In this document: piece after piece, positions 53,794 to 62,915 of the stretch
Layout: each line of letters opens with the position of its first letter
Position numbering within the stretch: position 1 is the first letter of the stretch
Origin: Fibrobacteria bacterium
Lineage (GTDB): Bacteria > Fibrobacterota > Fibrobacteria > UBA11236
DNA: 64,000 bases
NCBI GenBank assembly: GCA_043732185.1
Contig: JAYTHY010000066.1
Location: forward strand, 22,867-86,866
Direction: 5' to 3'
Notes under the pieces: model-generated
What the model was told of the DNA's origin: nothing
The model's input: only the letters and a program-made list of their open reading frames with translations
The model's database searches: none
Position numbers and translations under genes: made by a program

Positions 53794-56574
53794 TCATTTA
53801 AGGATGGTGATTATTTCGGTTTTGGGTACGCTTTGAGATTGGGATCTTAGCTCGATCCAGTAGGCTCCCGTGGGTAGTGTAACGTCTAAGACGAATTGTC
53901 CCCGTTGAACCCGGTCTCTCAAGACCCGCTTCCCTTGTGAATCGACAATGGAGATATCCCAGGGTCCATCGGCAGCCATGCTACTTGGAATGGTCAGGCG
54001 ATTATTGAAATAGCGCACGTGCTCCTGCATCTGCAATCCCAATCGCTGGCTTGGAACAAGCAAGGGCTGCTCGATGGCCAGGGCCGCGATTTCGGCGCCT
54101 GACAGACAGCGTGAATAGCTGCGAAATTCATCCATGGCACCGCTGAAGAGTTCGGAAGCCATGACTGAGGTCCCGTCGGAGGCATACCTGCCTCCTATCA
54201 GCATGTGAGATAGATTGTAGGGTTGATTGATGAATGCAGTGGGTGTCTTCTGCAACACGGATTGGCCGTTTATGAACAGCTCGTACGAAAGCGTTGAAAC
54301 GTTGCGAACTAGTGCGATATGCGTCCATTGGTTGAGGACAATCGGAGACGGCGATTCGAAAGGATACAGACCGAAATCCAGCGCGCCATCATCACTTGTT
54401 TCATAGCCTAGATGTGTGGATGCGGTGAGATAAAGTCGCCACTGGTAAGGAGCATGGCCTGCCTGCTCTTTGGCGCAAATCATCTGCATCTTTGCGGTAG
54501 CAGGCTTAATCCAGGTTGAGATGGTGAAGTCGCTCGCCGAGGGCAGGTCAGCGACGTCGACATAGGTAGATGTTCCGTCGAAAAGCAGCGCCTTGTTTAT
54601 TTTTCCATCCGTCCACGCCGCATTTCCAAGGATGGGTGTTGTTTTGCCGCTTACCTTATCGAGGATAGTAGAGCCGGTACCTTCGTCGAACTTCCAGAAC
54701 TTCGCGAGGCCATAGAGGACGGGCACGGTCGTGTTCGGTAGAATGCTGTTCGCTGTTTTCGCACGATCCCGAATCTGGCTTACCGACAAGGTCAGGGATT
54801 CGGAACCAGGAAAAGTTGGGATGATCAAACCCACCGTCACTGAATCGGATAGGAGTTTCGCCGGTCCAATGAGTGCATTGTTGCTTAGGTGATAATTCGC
54901 AACGTTTTCCGCAGATGTTTTCTCGACCTTTTCCGTGAATGTGACGAAAATTGTATCGCCTTTGATTGCCGCTCCGACGATGTTTGGCCGTGTCGTATCG
55001 GCGGAAGTAAGGACCACCAGAGTGGCGCTCTTACCGCTTTCCGCGCCTAAGCCATTGATGGCCGAGACCTGGTACGAATACGAGGTCGATTCGCTCAAGC
55101 CCATATCGAGAAACGAAGTCGTCGAGCTTTTGCCTGCAATGGCACCGTTCCGGTAAATCACATAATTCTGAATGCCACTTTGGGAGTCGGCCGAAGCGCT
55201 CCAGGTCAACTGTACCTTGTCGTTTCCGCTTGCAATGCCAGTAAGGCCTAACGGCACCGAGGGCGGTGTGGAATCAATCACAGCTACACCGGTCTTTGTC
55301 ACATATAAATTTCTAATCTTAGGGACGGCGGCATATTTGGTGAAATTTATCCGGACTTGCGATACGGTGACAGGAGTTAAAGCATGGATCCGCTTGTGCC
55401 CGATGGCCGTTCCGGATGCGAGCGGGGTCCAGGACCCGCCGACCATGCCTTCCAGGGTATACTCCCTCACCCGTTCGCCGAAGGCAATGTCTTCCATCAT
55501 AATCACGTGGTCGATAGCAACCGGCTTGCCGAGGTCAAGCACTAGATTGATCCCCTCCCCAGAGGTTTGCGCCAGTGGAAACCCGATTCGTTTTTTGATC
55601 TCCGCCCCGAACTCTGCAGCCCGGCTGACATAACTCAGATCCAAATGTCCATCCGGACTTGGCGAAAAACTGTTCAAAAGCGTTTGGCCATTCCCTACTG
55701 AACGGAAGTATCGGTCCACCAATGTATTGAGATTCTCTACCACGCCACCAAACCATGCGTTGCTAATGGATGCGTCGCACTCCATGGGCAGCCAGTACTT
55801 GCCGTCTGGTTTACTATCAGCGACAGTTCCCGTGCCGCCATTATTGTCAGTGGCGTTCCAGGCAGGATACGGCGCAACCCCATTCTCGTTACCCACCCAC
55901 CTGATCGTTGCATCCGGACCCTGAAACAAAATCGCGTGCGGTTGCTTTGTTTTAATTATGGTCCTCACGGAGTCCATAATACGGGGAAGGAGTCCTCCAT
56001 CAAACCAAATTTCGGAGATGTCGCCGTAGTTGCTGCAAAGCTCCTTCATCTGCTGGGTGAAAATTGCTGCATAGCGAGTCTGCAATGCGGTATCAGGTGT
56101 ATTCCCTCCAATTCCAATCCCGAAATGGATGTCCTCTGGGCTAAGGTAGAATCCGACTTTTAACCCGCGCGCCCGGCATGCTGCGAACAGTTCTGCTACT
56201 ATATCTCCCTTACCGGCTTTGTAAGGTGCGGACTTGATGCCGTAATCCGTTGTAGTAGTAGACCACCAGCAAAAGCCCGAACGATGCTTTGCTACCATGA
56301 TCACATACCGAGCCCCCTCGGCAGCTGCGGCGTCAGCCCAAGCATCGGCGTTGAAATTAGCATAGGTGATGGAAGCTGGAGTTGGGTTGGCGTCAGGTTG
56401 TAGGTGAAAGAAAGTCCCGACTTCCAAATCCTGCCATGCTAGTTGATCTGGACTGGGAAGGGCCAAGGCTTGGGCCCTCGCGGAAGGGGCAAGAAGTAGC
56501 GAGACCCAAAGTGCGGCATGAATAAAGAGTGAACGGTGCTTTGCGAACAAAATACGATGGATATGTGGAAACAA
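53794..56574 (-). CDS. Secreted modular GH29 (alpha-L-fucosidase family) + F5/8-like + FN3 + Ig-like + LamG + T9SS-like CTD
   Basis: Signal peptide, PSPDQLAWQ, AKHRSGF, GFYLSP, YGDISEIWFDG, RWVGNENG, DSTPPSVP (FN3), WKFDEGTG…WTHIA…GAMDEFR (LamG), and C-terminal ISIVDSQGKRV…LPTGAYWIEL. Confidence 0.88.
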   Translation of the reverse strand: MFPHIHRILFAKHRSLFIHAALWVSLLLAPSARAQALALPSPDQLAWQDLEVGTFFHLQPDANPTPASITYANFNADAWADAAAAEGARYVIMVAKHRSGFCWWSTTTTDYGIKSAPYKAGKGDIVAELFAACRARGLKVGFYLSPEDIHFGIGIGGNTPDTALQTRYAAIFTQQMKELCSNYGDISEIWFDGGLLPRIMDSVRTIIKTKQPHAILFQGPDATIRWVGNENGVAPYPAWNATDNNGGTGTVADSKPDGKYWLPMECDASISNAWFGGVVENLNTLVDRYFRSVGNGQTLLNSFSPSPDGHLDLSYVSRAAEFGAEIKKRIGFPLAQTSGEGINLVLDLGKPVAIDHVIMMEDIAFGERVREYTLEGMVGGSWTPLASGTAIGHKRIHALTPVTVSQVRINFTKYAAVPKIRNLYVTKTGVAVIDSTPPSVPLGLTGIASGNDKVQLTWSASADSQSGIQNYVIYRNGAIAGKSSTTSFLDMGLSESTSYSYQVSAINGLGAESGKSATLVVLTSADTTRPNIVGAAIKGDTIFVTFTEKVEKTSAENVANYHLSNNALIGPAKLLSDSVTVGLIIPTFPGSESLTLSVSQIRDRAKTANSILPNTTVPVLYGLAKFWKFDEGTGSTILDKVSGKTTPILGNAAWTDGKINKALLFDGTSTYVDVADLPSASDFTISTWIKPATAKMQMICAKEQAGHAPYQWRLYLTASTHLGYETSDDGALDFGLYPFESPSPIVLNQWTHIALVRNVSTLSYELFINGQSVLQKTPTAFINQPYNLSHMLIGGRYASDGTSVMASELFSGAMDEFRSYSRCLSGAEIAALAIEQPLLVPSQRLGLQMQEHVRYFNNRLTIPSSMAADGPWDISIVDSQGKRVLRDRVQRGQFVLDVTLPTGAYWIELRSQSQSVPKTEIITILK

Positions 56575-56755
56575 TGGCTCCCCCTACGTTGAAAAATCAA
56601 AAATGCGCGCGAGCGAAATGGCTTCAAATTTACGTGGCAAGTAGCCACAATACCGTGACTGGGGTAATATACCTCCAACGGACCTGACTTAAGTGGCATT
56701 TCTTCAGCGCATCCACTGCTCTATTACACCTCAACGTAGGGTTTTGAATGCATGG

Positions 56756-56783
56756 AAAAATGCCCCTGAGTAGGGGCACTTTT
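56756..56783 (-). terminator. Rho-independent terminator after fbaA
   Basis: Stem TGCCCCT/AGGGGCA with a 4-nt loop, flanked by A5 (U-tract on the minus strand). Confidence 0.75.
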
Positions 56784-56818
56784 ATTTGAGCGGTATCCGG
56801 AACTACATGTCCAATTAA

Positions 56819-57847
56819 CTAGGCAGAGTAGAGTGTCTTACCAGCGGAGTGAAGGTCTTCACACGCTTCTTTGATGCGCTTCGCCATGCCTTTTTCTCCG
56901 GCTTTGAGGTAGGCGCGGGGGTCGTAGGCTTTTTTGTTGCCTACTTCGCCGTCTACTTTGAGCATGCCATCGTAGTTTTTGAAGACGTGGTCGGCAATGG
57001 GACGAGAGAACGCGTACTGCGTGTCCGTGTCCACGTTCATCTTGATGACGCCGTAGTTCAGGGTTTCGGAAATTTCTTCTTTGGAGGAGCCGGAGCCGCC
57101 GTGGAAGACGAGGTCAAAGCGTGCGTTGAACTTGGCTTTGAGTGCGTCTTGGCCGTCTTTGAGGATGCTGGGCTTGAGTTTGACATTGCCGGGCTTGTAC
57201 ACGCCGTGGACATTGCCGAAGGTGGCTGCAAACATATAGCGTGCGTTGGGGATGGAGCTTAGGGCCTGGTAGACACCGAGCATGTCTTCCGGAGTCGTAT
57301 AGAGTTTGTCAGCGGGGAGGTGTTCGTTGTTCATGCCGTCTTCTTCGCCGCCGACTACGCCGGCTTCGACTTCCAGGATGATTTCGTTTTGGGCGCACAG
57401 GACCATGAGTTCCTTGGCGATTTTCATGTTCTGGTCCAGGGGCAATTCGGAGCCATCGAACATATGGCTGTTGAACAGGTTCGCTTCACCTTTGGCGCGA
57501 CGACGGGCGGTTTCAGCGATTAGGGGTTTGAGAAAGGTGTCGACCTTTTTGGGTTGGCAATGATCGGTGTGGAGGGCGATGTTGACATTGTATTTTGCGG
57601 CCATGAGATGGACATGGTTGGCGAGGGAGATGGCGCCAAGCACCATATCTTTGACGCCGGTGCCGGATGCGTGTTCGCCGCCGCCCGTGGACACTTGGAT
57701 GATGCCGTCAGATTTGGCTTCGGCAAAACCGACCAGGGCGGCATTTGCGGTTTCCATGCTGGACACATTGATAGCCGGATAGGCGTATTTATTTTTGTTG
57801 GCGGTTTCCAACATGTTGATGTAGGTCTTGTAATTGACAATGGGCAT
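56819..57847 (-). CDS. fbaA: Class II fructose-bisphosphate aldolase
   Basis: Motifs YPAINV, HTDHC, SHMFDGS, GGEEDG, FGNVHGVYKPG, FHGGSGS and KMNVDTD. Strongly C-ending codons. Confidence 0.97.
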   Translation of the reverse strand: MPIVNYKTYINMLETANKNKYAYPAINVSSMETANAALVGFAEAKSDGIIQVSTGGGEHASGTGVKDMVLGAISLANHVHLMAAKYNVNIALHTDHCQPKKVDTFLKPLIAETARRRAKGEANLFNSHMFDGSELPLDQNMKIAKELMVLCAQNEIILEVEAGVVGGEEDGMNNEHLPADKLYTTPEDMLGVYQALSSIPNARYMFAATFGNVHGVYKPGNVKLKPSILKDGQDALKAKFNARFDLVFHGGSGSSKEEISETLNYGVIKMNVDTDTQYAFSRPIADHVFKNYDGMLKVDGEVGNKKAYDPRAYLKAGEKGMAKRIKEACEDLHSAGKTLYSA

Positions 57848-57980
57848 TTATCGGCTCCTTAATGGCGTTTGGTAGAAAAATTACCATTTGATGGGGGAGG
57901 ATGCAAGGATTTCAGTCTGGACAGGCTTTCGGTAGGGAAGGGATAAGCGAATCCGGGTGCTTATTTTATAGTTTTGAAAA

Positions 57981-59522
57981 ATGGGCTTGGAACCAGTAAA
58001 ATCGGACTCTACGCCTGGCCAAAAGTTTTTTTCCATCACCCAGTACAATCGCAGTGTCGAGCGCCTGCTTAAAAGTCAGGTTCCCCAGGTATGGGTAAAA
58101 GGGGTGATCACCCAGCTCAATGTGCGTGGCAAAATCGCCTACCTCACTTTGGGTGAATTCGAGGAAGGGGATACTCGGCCGCGAGCCGTGTTGGAAGTCA
58201 CGCTCTGGTCCTCGGAATTGGAAGTCTATAATTTACGGTTTGCTCGACTTCCTACGCCGCTAGTCCTTCGAGTGGAATTGAAAGTGGCTTTGCAGGTCGA
58301 GGCGAATTTCTACGTGCCGTCCGGAAGGTTTCAGCCAAGGGTGACGGGCATAGATGAAAATTTCACTTTGGGTGAACTGAGCATCACACGCCAGCGGACT
58401 TTGGAAAGGCTACTGAAGGAAGGACTGCTGGAGCGCAACAAAAGGTTGAGCTTGAGTGACTGGCCGTTACGGGTTGGACTGATTACGGCACCCGGGTCTG
58501 CAGCGTATCATGATTTCACAAGTGTCCTGTTGCAATCCGGTTTTTCGTTCCGTATCGCGTTTGTCGAAGCCAAGATGCAAGGTGAAGCTACAGAATCGAC
58601 TGTATTGGCGGCTCTGGATAAACTTGGAAGGCTTTCGCTGGATGTTATTTGCATTGTCCGAGGTGGTGGGTCGAAAACGGACTTGGTTTATTTCGATTCC
58701 GAGAATATTTGCCGTGCCATCGCATTGTGTCCAATTCCTGTGCTGACGGGGATCGGCCATGAAATCGACAATTCAATCGCGGATCTGGTGGCTTATTCGG
58801 ATAAAATCACGCCGACAGATTGTGCAAAATTTTTAGTCGAGCGCCTGGCAACCTGCTTGGCAAAGCTGGAAAATTATGGTTCCATTCTAGCCGATACCTG
58901 GCGGATGGAATACCAACAACATTGGCACGACATATCCCAGCGGGCTTCGCTGCTTATCCACAACTGGGAAGGCCGTAAGTCTACGGAAGAGCTGCGTAGC
59001 CGCGAACAGGCTCGTACGCTTGGGTCGTTGGCAGGGCAAGCGCTTAAGGTGGAGCATCGCCGCTTGGGGATTAATTTCACTGGATTGCTGCGTGGCCCAG
59101 GCAAAATCCTTCGCCTGGAGAGCTTGCGATTCGCGAATCGGACGCAATCTATCGGACATGCCTGGAGCAGGCTCAAGTCCGATCACGATCATAGGCTAAT
59201 ATCGGGATATTTACGCCTTAAGGACAAATCGATTTTACTCTTGACCAGGCAGAATGAAAAATTGGGACATGTCGAAAAGGGGCTCAGGATAGGTTGGAAG
59301 CAGAAGTGGCAACGATGCCGCGAATCCCTGGACTTGAAGAATCGGCTGATCCATGCGGCGGATCCAGTTCGTTTATTGGGAATGGGTTTCAGTTTGCTCC
59401 GCGATCAAAAAGGTCATTTGATTCGCAGTCTGGCCCAGCTACCCGAAAACGGAGTTTTAGTCAATCAACTTGTGGATGGTACGGTGGAAAGCCGAGTTAC
59501 CGGTAAAAAGGAGAACACATGA
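57981..59522 (+). CDS. xseA: Exodeoxyribonuclease VII large subunit
   Basis: Motifs VWVKGVI, GLITAPGSAAYHDF, VRGGGS, TGIGHEID, TPT and LGMGFSL. Confidence 0.93.
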   Translation: MGLEPVKSDSTPGQKFFSITQYNRSVERLLKSQVPQVWVKGVITQLNVRGKIAYLTLGEFEEGDTRPRAVLEVTLWSSELEVYNLRFARLPTPLVLRVELKVALQVEANFYVPSGRFQPRVTGIDENFTLGELSITRQRTLERLLKEGLLERNKRLSLSDWPLRVGLITAPGSAAYHDFTSVLLQSGFSFRIAFVEAKMQGEATESTVLAALDKLGRLSLDVICIVRGGGSKTDLVYFDSENICRAIALCPIPVLTGIGHEIDNSIADLVAYSDKITPTDCAKFLVERLATCLAKLENYGSILADTWRMEYQQHWHDISQRASLLIHNWEGRKSTEELRSREQARTLGSLAGQALKVEHRRLGINFTGLLRGPGKILRLESLRFANRTQSIGHAWSRLKSDHDHRLISGYLRLKDKSILLLTRQNEKLGHVEKGLRIGWKQKWQRCRESLDLKNRLIHAADPVRLLGMGFSLLRDQKGHLIRSLAQLPENGVLVNQLVDGTVESRVTGKKENT

Positions 59523-59791
59523 AGGAAGTCAAACAAAGCTACAGTGAGGCTATAGCAAGGCTGGACGAAATTCTAGAGGATATCGATCAAAGCAAGGTGC
59601 CCATTGACGTACTGGCCGAAAGAGTTGTGGAGGCGGCTGGATTGCTTAAGCGGTGTAAAAATGTGCTTACTGAAACGGAAGCCAAGGTAAAAGATGTGCT
59701 TCAGGATTTGGACAAGGAATTTGGTAAGGAATCAGCGGCCGACGACGAGGATGAGGACGATGAGAGTGAAGACGAGGATGATGAGGATTAA
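59519..59791 (+). CDS. xseB: Exodeoxyribonuclease VII small subunit with acidic tail
   Basis: SYSEAIARLDEIL…LLKRCKNVLTETEAKV, directly after xseA. Confidence 0.9.
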   Translation: MKEVKQSYSEAIARLDEILEDIDQSKVPIDVLAERVVEAAGLLKRCKNVLTETEAKVKDVLQDLDKEFGKESAADDEDEDDESEDEDDED

Positions 59792-59800
59792 TTCAACTCT

Positions 59801-60328
59801 GTGACTATGCAAGAATCTCTACCAATCAGTTTGGAAGATCGCCTGGTGGCAGATGTTTTCCAGAAATCGTATCGGGAATACCTGGAGCTAAAACCTACCC
59901 ATATCCGTTGGAATAAACTGGCACCGGATAGTATTCGTTATTTAGGTGAAGCCCATGCTCAACTTTGGTCAGCGGAAAAAATCGCCGACTATCTCAATTG
60001 CAGTCCTAAAGAAGCCATGGCGTGTTTGCGGAGGTACATCGTGTCTAAAAGAGTGAATAGCCAAAATTCCACCCCTGAGAGAATACGAGAAGCATTTTTT
60101 GAGTGGCTGGGTGGTGTTGTGGAAATGGATGAAAAGGCAAAGCGCGGTTTAGCAAGCGAACTGTCTTCACTGGTCGCGAATCAATTGCACGCGGCTGCTT
60201 TGGCAAAGGAAGATTTGTTCCAGATTTCCGGCGGCTTGGAAGGGCATGTTTCGAGCGCTCCAATCGACAAGCCTTCCGTTTCATTGGCACCGGAACCCCC
60301 GAAATGGGGCCCACAGTGGAAAGCTTAA
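59801..60328 (+). CDS. Hypothetical protein
   Basis: 175-aa ORF 9 nt after xseB. Possible HTH-like segment SAEKIADYLNCS. Confidence 0.6.
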   Translation: MTMQESLPISLEDRLVADVFQKSYREYLELKPTHIRWNKLAPDSIRYLGEAHAQLWSAEKIADYLNCSPKEAMACLRRYIVSKRVNSQNSTPERIREAFFEWLGGVVEMDEKAKRGLASELSSLVANQLHAAALAKEDLFQISGGLEGHVSSAPIDKPSVSLAPEPPKWGPQWKA

Positions 60329-60338
60329 AAATCCCACG

Positions 60339-60368
60339 TTGACTTTGAAATTTTTGGTGTGATAAAAT
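60339..60368 (+). promoter_or_regulatory. Putative sigma70 promoter
   Basis: TTGACT (60339-44), 18-nt spacer, extended TG-a-TAAAAT (60360-68). Confidence 0.55.
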
Positions 60369-60378
60369 TGTCACCATA

Positions 60379-62004
60379 ATGCTATTGAATCACCGGACGG
60401 TGAGTTTGAAATGGTTTTTAGTGTTGATGCTGCCGTGTGCAGGCTTAGTGGCATGCCATAAAAAAAATGACTTACCCATCCCGGTACAAAAGTCAAGTAA
60501 ACCTTCCGAAGCCTCAGTACCCCAACCTGAAACGGGGAGCGATAGTTCGGAAATCTCCAACCCCGATATTGCATCAGCTGTTCCGAACTCTGCCTCAGGG
60601 CAAACAGTTTCACTTTCATTTACATCGCATCCAGTCACCCAAGCCTGGATCGGTCGTACATACAGTTATCGTCCAAGCATCGCGCACTCTGGGGCGTACA
60701 AGAGGGTTCTGGTAAAAGGCCCCGATTCGATGCGGGTCAACTCGGATGGATTGGATTGGATGCCGACCCAGGTCGGTAATTATTCCGTGATATTAACAGC
60801 GCTTCTGGAAAAATCGACTTCCAACGAAAAACCGCGTCAAGCAAAACAAGAGTTTTCCATAACTGTAAACCGGGTCCTTGAATTAGCCTTGAAACCCATA
60901 TCGACGCAGGTAAATAAAGGGGATACGGTATCCTTTGATTTTAGAGCCTCCACCTGCCCTGTATGGGCGGCGAACGAGGTCAAAGCCCGTATTGATTTTG
61001 ACGGCGATGGTAAGTGGGACACTACGTTCAAGCCTTGGGACAAAAATCAAATCATCCGAAAAGTCTATGAGGTTGCGGGTAATTATTCCCCCAAATTTTC
61101 TGCGCAATATAAGGATCAGGAAATCCAAAATTTGAGTGCAACGGTTTCCGTTGTCAGTGCGGTGAATGCCATTTTCACTCTGCGCCCAGATACAGTAGAG
61201 CCAGGAGGTCCGGTAACCGTAGACGCATCCGGTTCGGAAGGGGATGGTCGCCTGATTTACAGCCTTGATTTGGATGGCGATGGCACTCAGGACTGGACAG
61301 ACTCAACCAGTGGAAAGTGCGTAGTGCCGGCACCAAAATCCGGCATGTACCAGGCTGGCCTTTCTGTTCGTAATCCGATGGGGCAAGAAGGACACGCGAC
61401 CCAAGCATTGCACGTGAATGCCAAAGTGAAGCTGGAAGTGAAAGTTAAAAATCCAAAAGAGAATATGGCGACGGATGTAGAATTCCGAGTGCATGCCATG
61501 GATGCGGACGATAGTCTCGTTAAGTCGCGAATCAATTATACCGGCGATTCTTTGGCTTGGGTAAGCCGTTCGACTCCACCGGACAGCGTACTCAATGCTA
61601 AAAATTGGTTGCTACGCTTTCGGCATGCTTATGGAAAAGTCGGCAAGTATACAGCAACTATTTGTGTGTCCTCTTCCGATGGAAGGGAAACCTGTAACAA
61701 AAATTCGATAGAAATTTTCAATGCTATGCCAATATGCATTCCGGGACCGGATTTACACGCTACGCTGGGCCAACCCATCAGCATTGAAGGCAGTGGCGTG
61801 GATCCAGATGGAAAAATTGTGAAATGGGAATGGGATCTGAATGGAGACGGAAAATTTGATCTGGCCTCGGCATCCAGCAGCAAGTTTCAATACACGTTTT
61901 CCAAGCTAGGGATATTCCCGATGGTTTTACGGGTAACCTCTGAAGATGGCAAACAGGCAACCGCCACCCGCAAAGTGGAGGTGCGAAAAAAATGGAAAGC
62001 CTGA
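60379..62004 (+). CDS. PKD-domain repeat lipoprotein
   Basis: Lipobox LVAC. Repeated DFDGDGKWD / DLDGDG / WEWDLNGDGKFD, VDASGS and GSGVDPDGKIVKWEW. Confidence 0.8.
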   Translation: MLLNHRTVSLKWFLVLMLPCAGLVACHKKNDLPIPVQKSSKPSEASVPQPETGSDSSEISNPDIASAVPNSASGQTVSLSFTSHPVTQAWIGRTYSYRPSIAHSGAYKRVLVKGPDSMRVNSDGLDWMPTQVGNYSVILTALLEKSTSNEKPRQAKQEFSITVNRVLELALKPISTQVNKGDTVSFDFRASTCPVWAANEVKARIDFDGDGKWDTTFKPWDKNQIIRKVYEVAGNYSPKFSAQYKDQEIQNLSATVSVVSAVNAIFTLRPDTVEPGGPVTVDASGSEGDGRLIYSLDLDGDGTQDWTDSTSGKCVVPAPKSGMYQAGLSVRNPMGQEGHATQALHVNAKVKLEVKVKNPKENMATDVEFRVHAMDADDSLVKSRINYTGDSLAWVSRSTPPDSVLNAKNWLLRFRHAYGKVGKYTATICVSSSDGRETCNKNSIEIFNAMPICIPGPDLHATLGQPISIEGSGVDPDGKIVKWEWDLNGDGKFDLASASSSKFQYTFSKLGIFPMVLRVTSEDGKQATATRKVEVRKKWKA

Positions 62005-62915
62005 TGCAATGGCAGCCGCCGGGGCGAAGTCGAATCGCAGGGCTGTGCTTTGTTACCGGATTATTGTTGAGTCTTACAGCATGCCCGACTCATGCCGACA
62101 AATTAGTCCTTGGTGATGGCCGGATTATTTTTGGCACGATAACTGATGAAAAGGATTCCTTGATCCGGTATTTTGATCGATTCGAAAGACCGCGTAAAAT
62201 CGCCGCCAAGTCTGTGGACACAATTCATTACGATTCCAAAGGCGTCTCCGGGCTGGTAAAGGTCGCCTTTCGCAAAGGTCAGCCGCAAGACCGAAGCGGT
62301 TTTTTCCGGCTACGTCATTCTGAAGAGCTCGACTTGGATGTTGAATACCATACCGATTCCTTATCGGAACTCGACCTATTCTTCCGCAATGATGTGCACT
62401 TTCGAATTCTGCCTAATTCCCGGTTCAGGGTCAGCAAGGCACCCAAATCCTTGAATGGGACGGTTGAAATCAATCTTTATTCCGGACGATTGCTGACGAC
62501 TTCACCGAATGAAGCTGCCTTGTCCCGGATAGTCACGCCTTGGGGGATTGCCGTAGGACGGGCAAAATTCCAGTCCGGTGTCATTGCCTCCGCAGCGGAT
62601 TCGTCGCTAATGGTGTTGTGCCAAAATGGACTTGTTGGTATTCAGGAATCCTCAGACAGCCCTGGAGAATTGGTGGTTGAGGTAGGGAAGGCTGTTTCCA
62701 TTTTCAAAAAAGAGGGGCTGTTCAACCGTCGGGATCCGGATCCGGAATCCGAGCAACGATTGCGTGGCTTAGCGGCCAACATGGGTCACTATCAATTTTC
62801 CGAAATCGAGTACCCTAAAATAGGGTACCTGCCAAAAGCCATCACAGGACTGGGTTTTATGGTTTTCTTCTATGGCACCGCCATCGGAATTCTGGACTAT
62901 GTCAATCATATCTAA
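61992..62915 (+). CDS. Exported protein with FecR-like domain and C-terminal hydrophobic helix
   Basis: Signal/lipobox-like N-terminus, ADKLVLGDGRIIFGTI, FRILPNSRFRV…EINLYSGRL…IVTPWGIAVGR (FecR-like), and terminal GLGFMVFFYGTAIGIL. Confidence 0.6.
   Translation: MESLMQWQPPGRSRIAGLCFVTGLLLSLTACPTHADKLVLGDGRIIFGTITDEKDSLIRYFDRFERPRKIAAKSVDTIHYDSKGVSGLVKVAFRKGQPQDRSGFFRLRHSEELDLDVEYHTDSLSELDLFFRNDVHFRILPNSRFRVSKAPKSLNGTVEINLYSGRLLTTSPNEAALSRIVTPWGIAVGRAKFQSGVIASAADSSLMVLCQNGLVGIQESSDSPGELVVEVGKAVSIFKKEGLFNRRDPDPESEQRLRGLAANMGHYQFSEIEYPKIGYLPKAITGLGFMVFFYGTAIGILDYVNHI

Noticed and set aside
56819..57847. fbaA as horizontally acquired because of distinct codon usage
   Set aside because: The C-ending codon bias is adequately explained by high expression, and no mobility signatures flank it.
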